Shown here: positions 57,676-64,000 of the stretch, in pieces
Numbering within the stretch: the first letter of the stretch is position 1
Layout: the number at the start of each line of letters is the position of its first letter
Source of the DNA: Patescibacteria group bacterium
GTDB lineage: Bacteria > Patescibacteriota > Microgenomatia > Levybacterales > UBA12049
NCBI GenBank assembly: GCA_038063415.1
Contig: JBBTVD010000006.1
Span: forward strand, 299,914-363,913
Direction of reading: 5' to 3'
DNA: 64,000 nt
The notes under the pieces: model-generated
Told to the model about the DNA's origin: nothing
Seen by the model: the letters and a program-made list of their open reading frames with translations, nothing else
Databases searched by the model: none
Translations under genes and position numbers: made by a program

Positions 57676-58823
57676 TAGACTTCTTTGAAGGTAGTAATCG
57701 TCATTGTCTGATTATGCAATTGACATTGTTTTTCAGTAGCTGCTGTCGGACAAATCTCACCATACGAATAAAACCCTGCAAGAACAGTCTGCTCGCCGAC
57801 AATTGATCTAACTGCCTCAATTTCTTCAACAGTTCGCTCTTTTAAGACAAGCTTTCTCCCGATACAACTAATAAGAATTGCAAGGTCTGGTTTTGCTCCG
57901 ACAAGAGACTCAATACTCATACTCGCTGCTTGTTGCGCTCCGTCAATGAGTCGTTCAAAGTTTGCTTTCATAAGTTGTGCTTTGATGCCCTCTGGCATAT
58001 CGCCTGCAAAAATCATACTCTGTTCTGTCTCATCAATATTTAACAACGTGCGAACCACCTGAACTTGTTTCCCGCTTTTATCAGTAACAGAAAGACTCAA
58101 TGGGAAAAGCAAGCCACTCGCCGGAAGTTCTTTTGCCAACTCACCCAAATATTCTTTATAGAGAGTAAGAGCGTTCTTGCCATCTAACTCATACAAAACA
58201 TTATTTTTTGCTTTGGTGATCGTTCGCTGAGGACCAAAGGGGTCCCAGCCACCAAGCGATCCATAGCCGACTTTAAGCGAATTACCATAGAACCCAAGCA
58301 CAATAACTCTCCCCTCAGCCGGTGCCTCATCAAGCCCGACGAGCGTCAGTTTAAAATCAGAACCATCACCCACTAATCCTCCAGTAACCGAAACATTTGG
58401 AGGCAAAACCTCCCCTAAACCTTGAACCAGAGGAGTGCCATTGACCTTTAATCCATCAGAGAAAACCATCACATGGGTCAGTCCTTCGTGTGGCAGAGCG
58501 CTTGCAAGCTTTTTTCCAACTTCCAAACTCTGTTCAGGATCAGTAATACTCTCTTTAGCAAATTGCAGCGTCGTTTTCTCAAAATAGACAGCTGTTACAA
58601 TAAGTGAGTTATCAAGCACCTCGTCACTGCAAATTTCTCCCGCTGTACTGGCACTCAGGATGTGAGCTTCAGGATACATAGCATGAATTTTATCAAAATG
58701 TGTCGCGTCAGAGAGAAGCGTCCGAGCACCAAAGATAAGGACTAGTTGTGGCTTTTCAGCAAATTCAGAACGAAGTACTACCCAGCCTGTTTGTTGCGTC
58801 CATTTTTTTTGACTAACTTTCAT
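57675..58823 (-). CDS. FIST-domain sensor protein
   Basis: 382 aa. FIST N and C architecture. Overlaps the HK start. Confidence 0.55.
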   Translation of the reverse strand: MKVSQKKWTQQTGWVVLRSEFAEKPQLVLIFGARTLLSDATHFDKIHAMYPEAHILSASTAGEICSDEVLDNSLIVTAVYFEKTTLQFAKESITDPEQSLEVGKKLASALPHEGLTHVMVFSDGLKVNGTPLVQGLGEVLPPNVSVTGGLVGDGSDFKLTLVGLDEAPAEGRVIVLGFYGNSLKVGYGSLGGWDPFGPQRTITKAKNNVLYELDGKNALTLYKEYLGELAKELPASGLLFPLSLSVTDKSGKQVQVVRTLLNIDETEQSMIFAGDMPEGIKAQLMKANFERLIDGAQQAASMSIESLVGAKPDLAILISCIGRKLVLKERTVEEIEAVRSIVGEQTVLAGFYSYGEICPTAATEKQCQLHNQTMTITTFKEV

Positions 58824-58834
58824 GAGATATCTTC

Positions 58835-58864
58835 AGTATCCACAAAGCTCGATGCTTTTGTCAA
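58835..58864 (-). promoter_or_regulatory. Sigma70-like promoter TTGACA-18-GATACT, 11 nt upstream of the FIST ATG (head of the pilus operon)
   Basis: Minus strand: TTGACA (plus 58859-58864) and GATACT (plus 58835-58840). Confidence 0.4.
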
Positions 58865-58972
58865 GTTTTCTCTTTTAGATGTCAAAATCAATCGTTTCAA
58901 AAGGACATAATAACTATCTTACTGAGAAACTTAGAAAAGCTCGAGAATAGGTGAGAAGTAAGAAAGAAGAAA

Positions 58973-59353
58973 TTATGGTTGATAGGTAGTAACAAGTTGA
59001 GGAACATTTGAACTCTCTTTAGTCCCAAAACTTACTTGACCAGCTTGACCTTCATTCGTCTTTTTGACTAACCATCCGTAATTTTGGTTTGAGCCGCTCA
59101 TAAAAGATTGAACATCTGAGGTAACATCAAACTCAACTACTCCACTTTGATTATTCATAATAGTAGTCGTAGCTGTAGCAGCAGAACCTGAATTTGTTTT
59201 TGCATAAATTGAATTGCCTGATTCAACAATACTAGCATTTGCTCCTTGAGGCACTTGCCATTCTAAACTTAATGGATTTGTCAGACTCGCTTCACTATTA
59301 TCCGTCCCATCATGTTGAGGATTAAATTGGCCAATCAGCTCTTGCTTGAGGAA
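58973..59353 (-). pseudogene. Start-less C-terminal gene remnant (secreted-protein-like, Thr/Ser/Asn-rich)
   Basis: Open frame from the stop at 59354-59356 with no ATG. The track start is a GTG. Ends ...VTTYQP. Confidence 0.25.
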
Positions 59354-59512
59354 TTAAAGGAGCAAAAATAAAGAAGGTTAGAAAAAAAATAGATAATGTG
59401 CTGATAAAGGATAACTCTTTCATTGAATCTTAAAAGAAAGATTGATCTATGACTCATACATTAGTAAATTTCTAACACTAAGTCAATCCCTATTTTCAAA
59501 TCATTCTAGCCT

Positions 59513-61246
59513 TCACTCAGCTTTGATAAAAATAACTGCATCAGTAGTGCCAATTGGACTATTTAATACTTGCATCTTTACTGAATCTTTATAATTATTA
59601 GCCACATAATTTGCTAATTTTTCAGCAATCTCATTATTTTCTGGACTCAAAATTGTTACCTTATTTGCCTTGATTATTGCTAAATCATTTTCAAAATCTT
59701 CAGCTTTGAAGTTATATATTTTTTTATCTCTATTTATAAGAAACTCAAATCTTCCATCACTAACAATATTAGAAGAAACATAGACCTCATTAATTGGACT
59801 TCTATTTATAATATTAACAATATTTAGAACAATCGCTCCATTAAATTTATAATTATAGTCACTAATTGTCTGATTAAAATATAAATTCCAATTAATCATC
59901 ATTATGAAAAAGGATATAAAAATTATTGTAGCTGTATAAATTCCTTTACCCATTCCATCCAAAAAAGGTTTTATTTCATTTAATGCAAATGCAATCACGA
60001 AATAAACGATAGGTATAATTCCTGCTATACGTAAGGTATTGGGATGACCTAAGCCGTAATAATGACCTTCTGGTATCCTCTCAAGAGAGAGAATATCATT
60101 GAGAATTGGAGAGATTGCTATAATCAATAAAATTAGCAAAAGGCGTCTGTTTCGCTTGAAAAGAAATGGAATTCCAATCAAAAATATTAAAAACGTTGCA
60201 AAATCAAAAAAGGTAGTACTTGATGGATTTCTTCTTAGATCAGGATCACCATTAGGCCTATTGTCCCAAGTGCCTGTTGGTAAAAATAAATTTGTAAGCC
60301 GAAATATGCTTCCACCCAATTCCGTAACTACCTCTCCTGTGGGTAGACCCTGATTAAATAAAGAAAGAACCTTTGCTCTCTCCATTATCTGGTCTGCATG
60401 TATTATGCTGTAGCTAAAAAGAGGAATTGCAACAACACATATCCCTACAATAAGCAATCCAACTTTTTGCAGACCCTTCTTGAAATTCTTTGCATGTCTA
60501 ATTGCGATAAAAATACTAAGTGCAAAAATTATTAATGCAAAGGTTCTGAATCCTACATAGGTATATAGTCCTGCTCCTAAGGACAATCCAATCGCAGCAT
60601 AATATCTTAAATTATTTTTTTTCCAAGCTAAAAAAAGTGGGATCATGGTTACTATCTGAAAAAAAAGAGAAGGAGTAATTTCAAAAGCAATCCTTGATAC
60701 TATAATAAGTGGATAAGAGAGCATCATAAGAAGAGAAGAAAAAAGCGAAACAGTTTTATTAAAAAATAATCTTAATAAAATATAGAAGGCTGCAACGCTG
60801 AGTGCTCCAAATATGATACTAGGCAAACGAAGAGCAGCGAGTGTTCTTCCAACCAACTCAATGCTTAATCCTGTTAGATATAATAATGGTGTTGGGTGTC
60901 CATAATTAACATCTACAAAGGGGACATACTCAGATGAAGCAAAAACAAGCTCACTTGCTTTTGCTACAGTAATCTCATCTAAATGAACTCCGGGAGTTAT
61001 GACATCAATTTTATATAAATAAATAGCGAATGCAGCTATAAAGAGACAGCACGCTAAAAAAATATCAAATATATGTTTTTTCAGGAATGGTAATAATTTT
61101 TTAGAGTATAGCACCCAACCTGCAAGTAATAAGACACTTATATAATGAATCATTATTGCAAAAATTGGGAAATGTTGCGTTATAGAAAAAAGAAGAAAAA
61201 GAAATATATTTATTGCGAACAAACTAATAGAAAGTATTTTTACCAT
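59513..61246 (-). CDS. Polytopic membrane glycosyltransferase, GT-C superfamily (PMT/ArnT-like), fourth copy in the window
   Basis: 577 aa with more than 11 TM segments. An extracytoplasmic loop follows TM1 (HLDEITVAKASELVFASSEY...). Confidence 0.5.
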   Translation of the reverse strand: MVKILSISLFAINIFLFLLFSITQHFPIFAIMIHYISVLLLAGWVLYSKKLLPFLKKHIFDIFLACCLFIAAFAIYLYKIDVITPGVHLDEITVAKASELVFASSEYVPFVDVNYGHPTPLLYLTGLSIELVGRTLAALRLPSIIFGALSVAAFYILLRLFFNKTVSLFSSLLMMLSYPLIIVSRIAFEITPSLFFQIVTMIPLFLAWKKNNLRYYAAIGLSLGAGLYTYVGFRTFALIIFALSIFIAIRHAKNFKKGLQKVGLLIVGICVVAIPLFSYSIIHADQIMERAKVLSLFNQGLPTGEVVTELGGSIFRLTNLFLPTGTWDNRPNGDPDLRRNPSSTTFFDFATFLIFLIGIPFLFKRNRRLLLILLIIAISPILNDILSLERIPEGHYYGLGHPNTLRIAGIIPIVYFVIAFALNEIKPFLDGMGKGIYTATIIFISFFIMMINWNLYFNQTISDYNYKFNGAIVLNIVNIINRSPINEVYVSSNIVSDGRFEFLINRDKKIYNFKAEDFENDLAIIKANKVTILSPENNEIAEKLANYVANNYKDSVKMQVLNSPIGTTDAVIFIKAE

Positions 61247-61403
61247 AAGCGCATCATAAATTAACGTTCACAAAAAGAAAAGCATCCACAGGTTAATAAA
61301 AGAGAACTGGGGTATCCCCCAGTTGCTTTTATTGCTACGTATTTCATCCATCTTTTCTCGTGTAGCAAATGTTATGATACCTTAAGGAAAGCTCTCTCTC
61401 TAC

Positions 61404-63353
61404 TTAACTAAGCGTTACTTCCCCCTTCTTTGCTTCCATACCGAACATAGGAAGACTAAACCAAAACGTTGTACCCTTTCCTTCTTCTGACTCAAACCAA
61501 ATTTTACCCTTGGACGATTCAATAATCGCTTTAATCAAGTACAAACCAAGACCGGTTCCATCGGTTTCGATTTTGACGATATTTTCTGCTCTGAAAAACT
61601 TCTGGAACATCTTCCCCTGTTGTGCTTTGGGGATACCATAGCCATTATCCGTCACTTGGGCGATTACCTCATCTCCCTTTCGAGAGACAAACACCTGAAT
61701 TTCTCCACTTTTTGGTGTATATTTAATCGCATTGGTCAATAAATTCATAAATACCTGCCGGATCAGATGCGGATCAAGGTTAATCTTTGGCATATCTTCC
61801 CGAACACTGATTAGAAGGTTTTGCTCTCTTTCCTTTATCTTTGCTTGCAAGTCTGTCACGACTCCCTGGACAAGTTCTCTTAAGTCAGTCGGATGAGGGT
61901 CAACGACAATTCGGCCTGACTCAATACGGGAAATGTTGAGAAGCGCGTTAACAAGCTCGATCATACGTTCTGAAGAGGCACTAATGCTTTGTGCGAATTC
62001 TTTTTGCTCTTTGGTAAGTTCTCCCGCATCGCCATTAACAAGCATTTCGGAAAACCATTTAATTGCAGAGAGTGGTGTCCGAAGTTGATGTGAAGCAAGG
62101 GAAATAAATTCAGTCTTCATCCGATCTACATCATGTTCCTTGGTAACATCTTCAAATACTGAAAGTACTGATAGTATCTGCCCCTGTTGGTTTTTTATCG
62201 GCACACTGGTTGCACGCATTGCTATTTGGGTTCCATCGGGACGATGTACGACCACATCATCTTTTGTCGTAGGATTCCCAGTACGTAAAGCAATAACGTT
62301 GGCTAATTCTTCCATAGGATACGGACTACCATCAGTTTTAAAGATTTGATAAATTTGCCCGATATCCTCATTGCGAGCATTTGGATCAATTCCGCGACCA
62401 ATAAGCGCAATGCCTGCTTCATTTACGAGGAGTAATTTACCCGTCGGATCGTTGAGTGAGATGCCGATCGGTGTATTATGTACCACCGTATCCAAAATCT
62501 TTTTTTGTTCGTTAAGTGCTGCTGCATTCTTCTCTTTCTGCTCATTTACTTCCTGTAATGTTTGGGTCATCTGATCAAAAGACGTTGCGAGTTGTCCCAA
62601 TTCGTCATGGGCATGATCATTGAGACGCACACCCAAATTCCCTTTTGCGACTTCAGCAGCTGCATTGCCAAGCTTACGAATTTTGGAAACAATAGGAATT
62701 GAAAAAAGAAAAGCAGCCGCAATGGCAATCAGAATTGCCATAAAAGAAATAATATACACATTCATAATGGTCTGTCCTACGGTCTCCTCGAGCGCACGAT
62801 CTTCAGCTTCAATAAGAGTAAGCTCTTTTTGTACGACAGTATCTATTTCTTCTCGTAAGTCTTTCTGACTTTCAAGTAGTGTCCCTTCCATTGTAAGAAT
62901 GGCAGCAGATGAAGCCTTTTGCTCTTGGAGCGAAAGCAACTGAAACGAATTATCAATAACGATATCTGTCATCACTGAAAGATTGGTAATCGTTGCTACC
63001 TTTTCTTGTGGGTCTTCTTGAATGTTTCTCGTATAAATATCGATGTTACGTTCTACTTCTTCAACTTTTGCTAGAATTTCATTTTTTTGTTCGTCATGAC
63101 TCAGTGTATTCACTGCCGATTCAGATTCTTGTAACGCGAGGATAAGCGTCTGATTGATAATCTCATTTGTTTCACTCTTTATCGCAAGAAGGGCATTATA
63201 TCGTTGAAATTCACCATGGACGACATTTTCAAATAATCCCACAATGTGATTAGCAGCGTTAACACTAATAAGACTGGTAATAACAACAAGACTGGAGATG
63301 ACTAGAAATCCCCCAAGCAGTTTTACTTGTAATGATAGATTTTTTGGTGACAC
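61404..63353 (-). CDS. Membrane sensor histidine kinase (TM-HAMP-PAS-HisKA-HATPase), paralog of 56338
   Basis: H-box FISLASHQLRTPLSAIKWFSEML is nearly identical to the pilus-operon HK. No adjacent response regulator. Confidence 0.8.
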   Translation of the reverse strand: MSPKNLSLQVKLLGGFLVISSLVVITSLISVNAANHIVGLFENVVHGEFQRYNALLAIKSETNEIINQTLILALQESESAVNTLSHDEQKNEILAKVEEVERNIDIYTRNIQEDPQEKVATITNLSVMTDIVIDNSFQLLSLQEQKASSAAILTMEGTLLESQKDLREEIDTVVQKELTLIEAEDRALEETVGQTIMNVYIISFMAILIAIAAAFLFSIPIVSKIRKLGNAAAEVAKGNLGVRLNDHAHDELGQLATSFDQMTQTLQEVNEQKEKNAAALNEQKKILDTVVHNTPIGISLNDPTGKLLLVNEAGIALIGRGIDPNARNEDIGQIYQIFKTDGSPYPMEELANVIALRTGNPTTKDDVVVHRPDGTQIAMRATSVPIKNQQGQILSVLSVFEDVTKEHDVDRMKTEFISLASHQLRTPLSAIKWFSEMLVNGDAGELTKEQKEFAQSISASSERMIELVNALLNISRIESGRIVVDPHPTDLRELVQGVVTDLQAKIKEREQNLLISVREDMPKINLDPHLIRQVFMNLLTNAIKYTPKSGEIQVFVSRKGDEVIAQVTDNGYGIPKAQQGKMFQKFFRAENIVKIETDGTGLGLYLIKAIIESSKGKIWFESEEGKGTTFWFSLPMFGMEAKKGEVTLS

Positions 63354-63361
63354 AAAAGTAT

Positions 63362-64000
63362 TTAACGCTGACGAAAACGAGTACTGGCATACTCCCCCAC
63401 TTGTTTCCCAAGAAGCGTACCCTGCTCATTGTCTGCGGGATAATGAATCCCTCCTAAAACTCTGGAGTCGCCTGCTTCTTTTGCCAAACGATCCCATTCC
63501 GTTATATTTTCAGGCAGCTGCGAATCTAGGACTGTCGCAGCTGCACTTGAAACACAAGAATGCCCCGCGGGGTAACTTGGATGATTGGGTGTTGGCATAA
63601 TGGTTTTAATCGCGGGATCAATCATAAATGGTCGTTTTACTTGATAGGTATATTTGGAATCAAAGCAACCAATAAGAGAATCAGCCATTGCCATAGCAAG
63701 TAGCGCCTGCGTATCAAGATATTTCTCGATAGATATTTCTTGCGCACTCATATACTTTCCTACTATGTCCAACCAGATACCTGGAGGAGTTTTTGTCCCC
63801 GGTCCTCCAGCCCAAAAAATCACAGTCTTGCGCTGTTCAGAGGTTATATTTGCAAGCGCATTATTTACTTGAGCAAGCTGGTTTTGGAAGTTCTGTACGG
63901 CAAAATCAGGATTTTCAGGAACTCGGAATTGATCACCCCGATCAATCAACCATGGCTTGTATGAACCGGCATCAAGACCAAGTTGCGGTGTTGCATACCA
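63362..64000 (-). CDS. PAP2-superfamily phosphatase (5'-partial, continues beyond the window end)
   Basis: KRPF, PSYPAGHS and SRVLGGIHYPAD motifs. The codon at 63947-63949 is TTG and the frame stays open to position 64000. Confidence 0.65.
   Translation of the reverse strand, partial: WYATPQLGLDAGSYKPWLIDRGDQFRVPENPDFAVQNFQNQLAQVNNALANITSEQRKTVIFWAGGPGTKTPPGIWLDIVGKYMSAQEISIEKYLDTQALLAMAMADSLIGCFDSKYTYQVKRPFMIDPAIKTIMPTPNHPSYPAGHSCVSSAAATVLDSQLPENITEWDRLAKEAGDSRVLGGIHYPADNEQGTLLGKQVGEYASTRFRQR

Noticed and set aside
1-64000. Alternative genetic code with UGA read as Gly or Trp (codes 25 or 4), considered because of possible CPR affinity and low GC
   Set aside because: Long genes (fusA, clpB, the helicase, pilB and the trp genes) are intact with standard stops. 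Only one locus (27375) would benefit from UGA read-through, and it also carries a frameshift.

Overview
This 64-kb window is gene-dense and low-GC (about 40%). It reads correctly with the standard code 11, with no need for UGA recoding. The genes suggest a monoderm-type bacterium: LCP, FemAB-like and Gram-positive-style type IV pilus genes are present. Candidate Phyla Radiation/Patescibacteria or Chloroflexi is possible, but I cannot settle the lineage from sequence alone.

Main content, in order:
- Elongation factor G (fusA) at 1843..3957, standing alone rather than in a str operon.
- PilN/PilO-like genes followed by an FN3/Ig surface protein.
- A cell-envelope glycosylation cluster at 7.5-19.3 kb: three ArnT/PMT-like GT-C paralogs, a GT4, a chlor_Arch_YYY (DUF2298) membrane protein, a HAD-like protein and a putative lipoprotein, followed by an LCP-family gene on the minus strand.
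- tpiA and a UvrD-like helicase.
- A nickel superoxide dismutase locus (sodN plus a short S26 maturation protease) with a disrupted gene between them.
- A patchwork islet carrying hicAB, a clpB 3' fragment and an atypical-GC ORF.
- clpB lacking its N-domain, with a CIRCE-like operator, then mscS, mgtE, a MutY-like glycosylase and trpS.
- A complete trpEGDCFBA operon preceded by a Trp T-box leader.
- One long minus-strand type IV pilus operon: FIST sensor, histidine kinase, two CheY-like receivers, pilB, pilC and five pilin-like genes.
- A fourth GT-C membrane protein, a paralogous orphan histidine kinase and a partial PAP2 phosphatase at the window end.

The signals most worth follow-up:
- A dispersed family of short palindromic mini-elements with GTCATTCTGG...CCAGAATGAC-type arms. 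There are at least 16 modules at 11 sites, and most sit in frame inside intact genes, as Rickettsia RPEs do.
- Two adjacent large pilin-like genes whose 3' ~615 bp are essentially identical.
- A putative protein O-glycosylation system matched to Thr/Pro-rich linkers on the pilin-like and FN3 proteins.
- Several consensus sigma70-like promoters placed only 6-11 nt from the start codon, implying leaderless transcripts.

No rRNA, tRNA, CRISPR array, integrase or transposase was recognised.
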